Program-made: the position numbers and the translations under genes
Shown here: positions 39,016 to 51,124 of the stretch, one piece after another
Numbering within the stretch: position 1 is the first letter of the stretch
How the letters are laid out: each line of letters starts with the position of its first letter
The notes under the pieces: generated by a model
Told to the model about the DNA's origin: nothing
Databases searched by the model: none
What the model saw: the letters and a program-made list of their open reading frames with translations, nothing else
Origin: Camelus dromedarius
Lineage: Eukaryota
Length of the DNA: 64,000 nucleotides
Assembly (NCBI RefSeq): GCF_036321535.1
Contig: NC_087438.1
Coordinates: 8,248,001-8,312,000 of the forward strand
Direction of reading: 5' to 3'

Positions 39016-39494
39016 TGGGCCCTCCAAGACGTCCACAAGCATTTTTTTTTAATGGAACCCATGATAATTTCTTAGAAGTTCCAGCCCACCTTGTCTCTCA
39101 GTGTGAAAATCTCTGTTCCAGCTCCCTATCTTCTCCCCAATTTTTATCCAATCAAGAAAACACCCAGACCATTTGAGGTGGTATATAATATACTTACAAA
39201 TTTCTTTCTGACTGCGTTTTCCCAAAATATAAAGTCCATGCCATGACCTAACTGGAGATTCCTATATTGAGAAAAAGCTATGCACATGCACACATCTGTC
39301 TGCCCTCCTCTGCAGCACCAAATCTATGTGGTAACATCTTGCTAGTCTTATTATTTAACTACTTGGATCTGTTATTCAAGTTCAAGTAACGTCTCCTTAT
39401 TAAAATGTTCCCACAGGCTCATGGCCTGTGAAAGGTCTGAATAAGAGGAAGAGCACACAGTGGGAGAGTGAGAGCTGGGACAGACCCAGGTGCT

Positions 39495-39625
39495 CACTGT
39501 CTCCTATTTTGCAGGTGAGGAACCGGAGGCCCAGAAAACCCAAATGATTTGTCCCAAGTCACAGCTTGAGTATTTGATGCCAAGACTAGGATCTTCCTGC
39601 TCTGCCCCAATTGTCTTTCCATCTT
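39495..39625 (-). mobile_element. MIR fragment
   Basis: 'ctattttgcaggtgaggaaccggaggcccaga...gtcacagct'. Confidence 0.65.
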
Positions 39626-40994
39626 AATAATTTGAACACACATGGTTCACAGTGTTCAGCGAGCCACTGTCATCCAGCGTTGACACTGAAGTTCTTTCTT
39701 CTTAACTGGGTCAAACGCTCATTGTGTTTTTTGTCAGTTGAAATATCACTGGTTTCCAATCGTCTGTCATGAGCATAAATAAACATAAATTTAAATAACT
39801 TAGTAAAAGCTTTTGGCCCCTTGGCATCTGAGCGACGGCAGAATGGACATGAAGGACGCACAAATGCCTTCATCAACAGGCACTCCTACTTCTCACCCCA
39901 GGTACACATTTAGACAGACATCCAGGGAGACTAGTGAACAAGCATTTTGGTCAATGCATTCATCTCTTGAGCTCCCTGACTGAAAAACATCTATTCAGAG
40001 TCACTGGCTGCTACACCTTAATTTACTGAGTATTTCCTGTCGTTCATATCTTATCCCTGCATGATTTATTGCTATTCTTTTGACAACTATACAGTATCAA
40101 AAGTTCCACCTCCAGCTCCAGCCCTGGATCCAGAGACACATTCAGCTGTGCCCTGTGAAGGGGAAACTGACTCAAGCTTTCTTCCACTTCATCGTGTCGA
40201 TTTCTGTGCCATTGTTTAGTCTGTGTTATGAAAGAGGCAAATATGGTGCCATCCTGGTATGCCGTTTTAGCCCCTGGTGAGAGAAACCATTTTATAATCT
40301 TTTGTAGGAAAATTAGGAAGGAGATTTCAACAAAAAGATTATCTGTATATTCATCAAGAGCAAAAAATATATACGATTCACTCATCACAGTACGCAAGAT
40401 GGTGTGTGAGATGTTTTACTTACATTTCTCATCTATTCCTTTACAAAATTACTGAAGAGCATTATCACCATTTGTGCAGATGAGAAAAATGAAATTCAGA
40501 GAAATTAGCAAAGCTAGGCAATACCATAAAAACATAATGACGAAATTTAGCTCCAGTTTACGGAGCTACAAACTTCACCTTTCAGAGCTATGAGTTAAAA
40601 AAAAATGTTGTCAGGATGAAAGAAAACATGCAGAATCTTCCAGACCAATTAAACTTATGAAGAGTTTCAGTTTTCTACCAATCGGGGTATTAAATTTCAA
40701 AACATATTAGAGTTAGTTCTCCTTAAAAATCTATTTTATAATGTAAAACCTCTAAATAAAATTTGGCATATTAATTATTTTTAAACGTAAAACCAGTATT
40801 AGTTTTTTGATATACCACTTTGGAAAGAAGTTAGGCTTCAAATCTGATACAAAAGTGTTGATATAGTAGTTGACCTAAGACATATATCAGATAATTGTAA
40901 GTTAAATATTCAACTTTTTTTAGGATCTACATAAAATCCTCAGGACAGTTGATGATTTGTTATCCCACAGAAATCTGGAACAATGTGTTTAATT

Positions 40995-41337
40995 GTGCTT
41001 AGAATGAATGTTTGTGCCCCCCCAGATTCACATTATACAGTGAAACCTAATTCTTAACATGATGGGATTGAGAGGGGAGGCCTTTGGGAGGTGACGTCAT
41101 GAGGGGGGATTAGCGCCCTCATAAAGGAGACTCTGAAGACTTCCCTGGTCCCTTCCACTATGTGAGGACACGGCACAAAGACCAGGAGCCAAGAAGCAGG
41201 TTCTCACCAACCACTGAATTTGTTTGGGCCTCGACCATGGACATCCCAGCCTCCAGAAATGTGAGAAAACTTTATGTTGTCTATAAGCCACCCAGTCTAT
41301 GGCATTCTTTTATAGCAGCCCAAACAAACTGAGATGT
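40995..41337 (+). mobile_element. MaLR solo LTR (MLT1A-like)
   Basis: 'tgaatgtttgtgccccccc...ggcctttgggaggtga...tgtgaggacac...cagcctccagaaatgtgaga...taagccacccagtctatgg...tatagcagccc'. Confidence 0.88.
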
Positions 41338-41737
41338 GATAAATAGTATTTTAGATGTAAGTATTAGTAATTATAATTTGTCCATCGGCAGTTTGCAAGA
41401 GAATACTAAACAGTTACTCTGGACGCATTTAAAAGCAAGGATATCATATACTATTAACACTCTTTACCTCATTTGTGTAAGAATAAAATCAGAAACATAG
41501 ATGAAGAATTTCAAAATAGCTATAATCATTGGGGGGTGGGGAGGGAGAGGGAAGAAATAGAAAATCAGTCCAAAAATGTTTGTATCCTTAGGGTGAAAAA
41601 GGACCGGAGACATTCAGATGGTAATTTACAACCTAATTCAAGACACCATTTAAGACTGAATAACAGCATTATAGCAAGGTATTTTAAATATGTACTTGGG
41701 GAGTAAAGATACCTGGGTTCAAAAGTCAATGTCTGGT

Positions 41738-42003
41738 ATGATATCGTTAAATGTGGAATCTAAAAAATATGACAAATTAGTGAATATAACATTAAAGAAG
41801 CAGACTCAAAGATACAGAGAACAAACTAGTGGTTACTAGTGGTGGGGGCAATATAGAGGTGGGACAGTGGGTGTAAGTGTTGGGTGTAAGACAGATTCAA
41901 GGATATGTTATATAACACAGCAAATACAACCAATATTTTTTTAATAACTGTGAATGGAAATTTTAAAAATTAAAAAAAATTTTAAAAATTCAATCAAAAA
42001 AAA
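41738..42003 (+). mobile_element. L1 3' UTR fragment
   Basis: 'atgtggaatctaaaaaata...agagaacaaactagtggtta' plus A-tail. Imperfect TSD around 'tcaatg(t)ctgg'. Confidence 0.78.
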
Positions 42004-42029
42004 ATCAATGCTGGATACTGGGAAAGTGA

Positions 42030-42195
42030 ATTTCTCGTTCTGAATCTCAGTGTTCTCATCTACAAAATGAAATACCAGTAAGATTTACTAACTCACTGGG
42101 TTAACTGGGGGTGAATGGCATGATCTGTATAAACCAATTAATACTGTGCTCAGCCTATGAAAACTGCTCCATAAACACTACCATTATTACTGTGA
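42030..42195 (+). mobile_element. MIR fragment
   Basis: 'tctgaatctcagtgttctcatctacaaaatga'. Confidence 0.55.
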
Positions 42196-43887
42196 AAACT
42201 ATCGCTGTTATTACTACTATTACCACTATTATCACCATCTTAAGATCAGAGTGAAAGTATGAGACTAGATCAGCCACAGTTCCACACCACAGAGTACATC
42301 AAACCAACAGGCCCTGGATTCCAGGGTACGATTTTAACACGGAAACTAACTAGAATGAACACTGAAATGTAATATTCTGATCGGGCAAGATCAGACTAAT
42401 ATGTAACATTTGCTATGTAATATATATTATATATATAAATAATAGATTCTGGAATGTATAGAGATGAAAATATGTATAGATTAGTAAGACTGATGATTTT
42501 GCTAAAAAATAGCAATGAGAAAAGAAGAGCGATGCTGTATACTTATTCATCATTTATCCAGTCAGCACTGACTGAACAGTTACCGTGGGCTGGCCGCTGC
42601 TGTGTCATATACTCCGAGGCTCTGCCCTTGGGGAATGGCTTAGAGACCAGGGGACAAAACCGAGGAGACACAGTAGGTATTGTCTACTGGCTGAGAAACT
42701 CATGAAGCCTCAGTGTAGGGGAGGAAGAGGCAGCAGCTTTAGTCCAGGTTTTTAAAATAAAAACTACACTAATGAAAAAATTAGGTTCTTAAAAATTAAA
42801 AGTTATTCTAAAGCTATCTTTTTTGCCTTTTAATGACAAATGCATATTCACTGGTGGTAAGGATCTAGAATCTTATGACTTTGAGTGATTTTTACCTTTG
42901 GCCAAACGACTGTTTAGGAATGTGCGTATGTGTAGAAATATCTATCCACATAATTTTTAAAACTTTATTTTAAAAAATTTAAGTAAGTATTTAATATGCC
43001 TGGTTTCCAAATTAAAATATTTTGGCAAAATTCTTCCTTCTTTATTTAAAAAGAATAAATGTAACTGTCTACTTATTTCAGTATCATATCTTGAAGGATA
43101 ATGAAAAATGCACACTATGTCTTACTTTGGGAAACAATTATATTCGTGTATGACTTATTTCCTTAAGAAAATTCACTGATTATGCTGACTTACACTGTAT
43201 TTAAATAAATACATTTCATTCTGACAAAAAGTACCTAACCACTTACGTTTCTTCACTACTAATTTAACCAGGTCAGCATTTTCTCAAAAATAAGCCGGAC
43301 TTCTTCATAGGTATGGAAAAGATTTTCAAACCCTTTTTATAGAACTGTTGGCATCTGGGCTCACAGAAGTTAGTTAATAAAGAGAATGACCTTTGATAAC
43401 ATTTATAACATTAATTCCTTTTGTATTCCACTCTCTAAAATATGGCAGGCTTTTGAGGAAACTTGTTTGGAAGAAATTCAATAGTTCATCTGGTGGAAAG
43501 AAAAGAGCATCTTTTTCTGTGGAGCAAGCAATTCTACATATATATTGCATTTTGTCTTTTTAAATATGTAGATAAGTCCAATCAGAGACTTGGGTATCTA
43601 TATCATAAAAAAGGCAAAGCTAAAGATGACCCCTTTCATTGTCCTTACTCTATAGTAAGTATCGACCCCGCTCCAAATCCAGATCCCTCTATTTCTTAGA
43701 ATCAAAGTTACAGATTATTTTAATATGTGAATCCAAATGAATGCATTTAAGATGTATGAAAAATAAAATTGGCTACAGACATTAAACTCTTGAATGGAAT
43801 ACAGATGGTCACAGAGTAAAATTTATTTCCTCTAAAAACTTTTCAGCTTGTTATAATATATATCAAATACAACCAGTTGAAAAGCAC

Positions 43888-44320
43888 TGCATTCACTTTC
43901 CATTACTGCAGAACTAATTACCACCAACCGAGTAGTTTAGAACAACATAGTTTTTTTTTAGCTAACAGTTTTCTAAGTTTTGTCAAGTTCAGGCGTGGCA
44001 CACTTGGGTTCTCTGTTCAGGGTCCTACAAGGTTACTGTCATTGTTTCTGCTGGGCTACTCTCCTTTCCGGAGGTTCCGGGGAATAAAGTGCTCCCAAGT
44101 TCACTCGAACTATTTGTGAGCTGAATTAAACTCCCTTTGGTCCTAAGACAGAGGTCCTTGCTGGCTGTCAGCTGGGGATTGCTCTCAGTATCTAGAAGCT
44201 ATATGCATTGCTAGCCACATCTTTAGCTTCATCTTTAAGCCACCAAAGAAGAATTTATCATGTATCGAATCTCTCTAGCTTTGAATCTTTGACTTCCTTT
44301 GTCTCTGAGCTTTAGACCAT
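43888..44320 (-). mobile_element. MaLR LTR (MLT1D/E-like)
   Basis: 'aattaccaccaac...tttagaacaaca', 'ttgctggctgtcagctggggattgctctcag...ctagaagct'. Confidence 0.7.
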
Positions 44321-44328
44321 TGTCATAA

Positions 44329-44494
44329 ATCATCATCGTCATCATCATCATCATCATCATCATCATCGTCATCATCGTCATCATCATCATCGTCATCATC
44401 GTCATCATCATCATCATCGTCATCATCATCATCATCATCATCATCATCGTCATCATCATCATCATCATCATCGTCATCATCATCATCATCATCA
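44329..44494. repeat. Long (ATC)n trinucleotide repeat with GTC interruptions, about 55 units
   Basis: Seen directly. Produces the artefactual poly-Met ORF 44235-44492. Confidence 0.98.
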
Positions 44495-44689
44495 GTCTTC
44501 CAAGAGTCAGGTCTCCTTTAGGAAGAGTTCATAAGATAGGTCCAGCAGTTATTTGAATCCAATTTCTCTCTCATTATATTCCTGTTGCCCATGAAGATCA
44601 AAGGATGTAAGTAGACATCTATTTTGTTGTCTTTAACTTTCAGTAGCACCTGAGAAAATCCCCAATGTCCTTTGACTGAAGGTTAAAAC

Positions 44690-45480
44690 ATCCTGTGGCA
44701 AGGAACTTCTAGAAGGGTCAGTAGAGCCCCATCCCCAAAACTCTGTTAAGTTCTAAGGACTCCCTAGGAAGGCAGGACACCTGGACCAATTTGAACAGAT
44801 CAAGAAGACATTCAGAAGAATGTGAGCCCTGAGCGGGGCAGCTGGATCCATAAGGGGAGGTGACCAGAAGAAAGGGGTAGGATAGTCTAGACGGAAGGGG
44901 TCACATGCCCATGACCACGTGAGACAGGAAAGAGTAGCGTACTGATGGAATTGCAGAAGAGGGAATGGGTCCTTCACAGACACGGTTCTGATTTACGTGA
45001 TATGCAGCTGAAGCCCACACAGGTGGAGGATGGGTTTGGGCAGAATGTAGGCAAATAGATGAGTCAGGATGCTGTTTGAGGGGTCTGTGGAGAATATGAC
45101 AAGGGCATGGGCACAGGCAGGTCCTGTGGGACTTACAAGAGCCTGGTCTGGGAGAGGACCGGGTAACTCACAGGGCTGCCAGACCGAGACCTCCTTGACA
45201 GGTCTTCGCCTGAGGAACGGATGTGACCCAATTAGTAGCACCTGGCCAGAGGGTGGACGTGGGCTATCAGCAAGAGGGGTGTGGCCATGACCTAAATAAG
45301 GGGCCTCTTCTACACAAATAATCTTCCTGACTCAGGCCTGGTTGGTTCTGAGGAATCAGGGGGAAGGTATGGGACCAAACTCTCTAGTTGTAGGAGGGAG
45401 AAGGACCCAAGAGCTTGGAAAGGTTTGACCTGAAATCAGTGCGGACAGTCAAGACAGGAAGGTGAGAAGGCACACAGTGA
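44690..45480. mobile_element. Old LTR-like element (family uncertain)
   Basis: Starts 'tgtggcaagg'; purine/GC-rich LTR-like composition. Weak support. Confidence 0.35.
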
Positions 45481-45583
45481 AAGTGTAGCTGCAGTAAGAA
45501 GCACCAATAATTCTATCCTAGAGGACTGACATTAACATTTAGACAGCCACTAATTGATCTGAATTCTGCAAGCTACGATAATG

Positions 45584-45686
45584 AATTTGGATGCTTAGAA
45601 AAGTCTATGGAGGGTTTAAGAGATCACAATGTTGCTATTTGCAGCTACTTTTCCCCTAGACACATGGACGCAGAAGCTGATATGCT
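45584..45686 (+). repeat. Copy 1 of a diverged 103-bp direct repeat
   Basis: Ungapped alignment with 47274-47376, 77/103 identical by hand count. Confidence 0.85.
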
Positions 45687-47273
45687 ACAATAATAGATAT
45701 CTCCAGATTCTCCCTTCTCCAAATTCTCAGCATCCTCTCTTATGATTTGATTGACTATGATAAATCTGGCTGTTACAAATGCATACTAGTAATATCTTTT
45801 TATTAACTTTAAACTGTCAATGTAACTCCAGGAAACAGGAGCAATTTCCTAATGCCAATAAAGGCAGAGGAAAACCAAATTACATCTATTAGTCATTTTT
45901 ATCATTTATATAAAAAAAACTGAAAAATATTTTATTTTGTTTCATGTCCTCTAAGAAACTCTCTCACCTCTCCTTAAGAAGTACGAAACGACATCTAAAT
46001 CATCACTCTTTATCTGTTCTCCTTTTTCGAAAATTGTTTACATTTCTATTTTTTCTTTTAATTTTTAAATACCCCCTTTTCATGTGCTAACTAGGTTAGT
46101 CTATCACCCTTGATACAGACTTGAATTTCCAAACGTGCATTTCTGAAGCTGAGCAAACAACTAGGTTATGACAAAAAAAGAACAGTGGAAGTTATGTATC
46201 AGGACTTTCTCCGGTGAAATATCAGTAAATTGCTTGTATTATTCAAATGCAGATTCATACATTCAATACTTTTGAAATACAAAGTAATGAAGCCTGATGC
46301 AAGACATATTACACAGCCACATGGCAAAGGGAAATAGACAGTCATCATCACTCAGCACTATATTTAATATATATTTAATACAGAATTATGGATTATGTAT
46401 CATGGGCTGTGAGCTAGGAATACAAGATATAGTGTAAATAATCAGAAGTTGCCATGGGATAATTTTTCTGTCTAATTTGGTAGTTCACAGATGTGTTCTA
46501 TTCATGAAACATTGAACCTAAGAAAAGAAATCAACTCAAATTTTAAGAATTCCAAAGGTAATCTCATAGATGCAACATCTAAATGCAGCCAGACCTAGTG
46601 ACAACTATACTGGTCTCTGACTTTCAGGAATCACAGAGTCTCTCTCCATTGGACTGCCCTCTGTCACCACAGAGTCCTCCATCAGCACCCAATCCACATG
46701 GCCACCATCTCCTAGCACCCACCATTGGATGTCACAGATTTGGGGCATTTATTTCACATTCCCAAGAGTACAAAACTAATTTCTTGCAGGCCAGTCACTG
46801 GATGAATCAGCCTTGGGTTAGATATCCATCTCTGATCCAATCAGAAGTTGGGAACTGAGGCACAGGATACAGAATGGTCCCCTAGACGTGCTGTTACCAA
46901 GAGCCGGAGGTGGGTGAAACAAAACAAAAGATGTAGAGTATGCAAAAGTATCACCCAGAAAGATTAGGACTATGAATTGAAAACGTAATCTGACCAACAG
47001 GGAAACAATGGGTTTCAAAGCGAAATACTGTAGTTGTAAATTCAACAGTGTTTATGGACCTAAAAAACCTTACAGACTTAGCTTCTTAGGTGATGTTCAC
47101 CATTAAAAAAAGCTCTTCAAATATGAACAACCACATGTACAAAATCGAATACACACTTATAAATATTATTTTCTCTATACATTAGTCTCATCACCTTCAA
47201 CCAGAACCTTCTGATAACAATTTCAAGTAGACGTAATTCATTTTGCCTTTTTCTTGTCCATCCTGCTCTGGTT

Positions 47274-47376
47274 AATTTGGGTGTTCACACAAGCCTATGA
47301 TGCATTTAAGAGATCACAACGTACCTATTTGCAACTATGTATAGCCTGGGTACTTGGATGCAGAAGCAGATACGCT
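47274..47376 (+). repeat. Copy 2 of a diverged 103-bp direct repeat
   Basis: Shared core 'tttaagagatcacaa.gt..ctatttgca.cta' and 'tgga.gcagaagc.gata.gct'. Confidence 0.85.
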
Positions 47377-47607
47377 TTTGCATACCTAAAATAAGGCTTT
47401 ACAATTGAAAATGCTATTCCATCCAAGAAATTTAGACTCACAAGAGGCGCATGATTCCCATTTAAAGATTATCACCATTGGACGATGAAAAGAACCATGT
47501 TAAAAGATGAATGGCAGGTGGCTCCACTAGAAACATTCCAACTACAAATTAATCCTACAGTGATAAAATATCTTACAGCAATGGATACAAGGATTTTTTA
47601 ATTATTT

Positions 47608-47990
47608 TGTGGCAGCAGCTGGTTAACAGAGTACCAAACTCATGTCCCCACTTCCTGGGCAGAGTGACTACAGACCTCAAGACTAGGAATCCCTGCCCCA
47701 CTTCCATCTATGGGAGGACATATGACTACAGTTCACCAATGGACTATGGCTGCAGTGATGTAATTGATGCTGCAATTGATGATGCAATTGATGATGAGGC
47801 CATAGGGGATGGCAGGGCTCTCAAGAGAGAAGCTGGGTCATTAATTACTGCATGGAAGGGCAGCAGGGAAGCAGCCCCCTGACCAGCATCCACCTCTTCT
47901 ACCTGTTGCATGAATGAGAAACAAACCGCTCTAGTGTCAAGCCACTATAACATGGGAGTTTATTTGCCACAGCAATCATTGTTCCTTGAA
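47608..47990 (+). mobile_element. Old MaLR LTR (MLT1H-J-like)
   Basis: Starts 'tgtggcag', ends 'tgagaaacaaac...aagccact...tttatttgccacagca'. Confidence 0.7.
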
Positions 47991-48674
47991 AATGCACAAT
48001 GTCAAACACATTACAGAACAAAATGACAGGAAATTCCAATGCATCTTTGAGAAATAAAAATTGTCTCATAGAGCTTTAGGTTTCTTTCACACTCACACTC
48101 ATACTCACACACACTTATATTTTTACAAATGAAAACATGGTCTTCAGGCAGATAACTTATTGTTTGGTCAAGTGACTAAGTTTTGTTTTTAAATACTTCA
48201 TAATCTCAAATCAAGCCTTAACTGAATAATCATTCTACGAATGGATTTGAAATGTCTTCACACACAGAAACTGCACGTGTGGCTGATATTTGAGGAGGGA
48301 GCAATTTTATAATGTAGCATCAGATATTAGCAAACAATGCAAGTAAATGTCAAAACGTCAAACTCTTTCATTTCCAGAACCTGCAACTCTGGATCATTTA
48401 GAAAAAAGAACCAAACTGAGAGACTGTGACATGGCATCTCCTCATCTCCAGGAAGCTGACTAAATGCAACGCTTCCATTTTGTGTAAAATTATGCATAAT
48501 TTGTATTCAGGGCAGGCATACATTTTGTGAAAGGCGTCTCCAGTACAAATCAGGCCATTTTAGACACCTTCTGAACATCTTAAATCAGGTCGGTTACAGT
48601 TCCTTCCCAACATCTGACTGAATGTTCCAGCTCCACTGCCAGGTTTGTCAGGAGAAGATAAACAGCACCATTTA

Positions 48675-48887
<213 letters not shown>

Positions 48888-48994
48888 CTATACGGAAAGC
48901 GGAATTCAGACCAAAAAGACAGGATGGTCCAGGGGAAAAACAGGATTTCTCAAGACTTCAGATTTGAGAAGCAGAGTTTACTGATGTGAACTCA

Positions 48995-49195
48995 AAGACG
49001 GCTGAGACGTTCAGACAGACCTGAGTTCTCATCATAGTCCTGGGACCTGATAAGTTATTCAGTCTTTCTAAGGATCAGTTTCAGTATCTGCAAAATGGGT
49101 TTACAATACTCATTAGGTTGAGGTGAGGATTAAATGAGACACCAAGAAGAATAAGCCTGTGTTATGTTTGGCAAATGGCCAGCACTCAACAGAGA
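48995..49195 (+). mobile_element. MIR
   Basis: 'cagacagacctgagttc...cagtttcagtatctgcaaaatgg...gtgaggattaaatgaga'. Confidence 0.7.
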
Positions 49196-49802
49196 TCAGT
49201 ATTCCTGTCACCAAAAGGGAAAGGCTTAGTAAACTATGTTTATGTGACTTGGAGCATGTGTTTAGTCGCTACTGGCCATCTAGCTGCTTTTATACACTAA
49301 ATTGGTATTTAAATTATTTATATATTGTAGCTTGAAGCAAATAATACTTTAAACCCACATTTTTCATACTTTAAATTCCAGCAGAACAAGGACACTGATT
49401 CCATACAGTCTAATTACAAAGAGAATAACCACGATATTTCATTTGTCACTTAAAAAACAGCCAACTGGACCAACGAAGAATTCTTCTACAAAGCTACTGA
49501 AAATCCACTGTTAAAGGATTAACTTTAATAAAAAATAAGATTCAATTAGTATGTCGAGGACCTTAGCTGTTCCAACTACAGGGACTTCTGTATTATTTTT
49601 TAATCTTTACATTTTATTTTTCTATACACTTAAGTTTTTTTAAACAGACATAATTATAGTAAATCATGTATTTTAACTAAAAAATTAAGAAAAAGTTTTT
49701 TACAATATCACAGCTAACTTCTTTTAAAAATGAATGATTTGCACAGTTGTGTTTTGGAGATGGGAAGACCTCTAAGAATGCTGTAAAAAATAGGGTAGGG
49801 GG

Positions 49803-49897
49803 TAATTTGGGAGACATAGTTGATACACAGCACTGTATAAAGTTTAAGGTGCACAGCAGAATGATTTGACGTACGTACATCACAAAATAATTATTAC
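49803..49897 (-). mobile_element. Short L1 3'-end fragment
   Basis: 'gagacatagttgatacacagcactgtataaagtttaaggtgcacagc..atgatttgac'. Confidence 0.65.
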
Positions 49898-50327
49898 ATC
49901 ACAGGGATATGTCTTCCCAGAAAAGATGAGTTTATTTTATTTGCTACCCTGTGATGTTCTAGGGTGAGACCTTTAAAAAGTAGTGGCAGCCTCTGCATTT
50001 GTGAAAAACACCCTTGCTCTTTTCCAAAGGGCAGATTTTTATGTTGACGTTATTTCAGGGATCTCAGTAAGGGACACTGTACAAATGAGAGCTCAGCTTT
50101 TCCCTTTATGGTGAAACATATTGTTGAAGCTTAAGTTTTTCTTCTTCTCTATGAAGGGCAGCAAAGATTATTTGGAAGCAATGAATACTAAGACCTCTGC
50201 TGACTGCATCTTGTGTATCTAACCTCCTCTTCTTCTCCCTGAAAGTTCTGCTGCTTTGCTGCGGGAGTTCCTTTCCATAAACACATGCAAGTTCTAGAAG
50301 ATGTTCTTTTCCAGCCTTTATAATACA

Positions 50328-50802
50328 CAGGCATGCCTCAGAGACACTGCAGGCTTGGTTCCAGACCACCATAACACGGGCATCATCACAGAGAAGTGAG
50401 ATCCACAAGGTTTTGTTTTCCCAGTTCATACAAAAGTTATGTTTACACTAGACTGTAGTCTGTTAAGTGTTCAATAACCTTATGTCTAAAAAAAGTACAT
50501 ATCTTAATTTATAAATCTTCATTGCTAAAATATTAACCATCATCTGAGCCTTCACCAAGTCATAATCTTTTTGCAATAGTTAACGTCAAAGATCACTGAT
50601 TACAGATCACCTTAACAAATATAATAATAGGAAAAAGTCTGAAATATTGTTAGAATTACCAAAATATGACACAGAGACATGAAGTGAGTAAGTGATGTTG
50701 GAAAAATGGCGCCAATAGACTTGCTCAATGCACAGTTACCCCAGACCTTCAATTTGTAAAAAATGCAGTATCTGTGAAGCACCATAAAACAAGGTATGTC
50801 GG
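50328..50802 (+). mobile_element. Internally deleted Tigger1 derivative (TcMar-Tigger; Tigger1a-like)
   Basis: Degenerate TIRs CAGGCATGCCTC...AAGGTATGTCGG followed by TA. Internal 'ttggttccagaccacc' and 'tgttggaaaaatggcgccaatagacttgctc'. Confidence 0.9.
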
Positions 50803-51124
50803 TATATTTTATCTCAAATATGTCTGAGTAACAGGAAACCAGCTCATACCTTTGAGTTGATAATGCCTTAAAAACATTAATAGTTACAGATTATACAGAA
50901 CTCCTCATAGGTAAGTAGAAATTCATTGTTTGTATTATCCGAATTAGTTTAATTTGCTGCATGTTTGCATATGTTACCAGCAGTCCAGTATGGAGAGACG
51001 GTGAAGCCATCAGAGTCAGGACACAAGAACCTTCTTGGGCTCCTGCTAGGACAGACGCTGCCCTGGGGTGCGCTTGCTGAAGGCTCTGGCTTCACATTTT
51101 CTTCACATCAGTTTTACAGAGCCT

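Noticed and set aside
43241..43280. Second possible 9/12-nt microexon (TAG TAG|TGAAGAAAC|GTAAGT, minus strand)
   Set aside because: Good donor and frame-preserving, but essentially no polypyrimidine tract (GACCTGGTTAAATTAG) and no nearby RBFOX site seen; probably chance.
44235..44492. Poly-Met 85-aa ORF
   Set aside because: Translation artefact of the (ATG)n microsatellite running into an MLT1 LTR.
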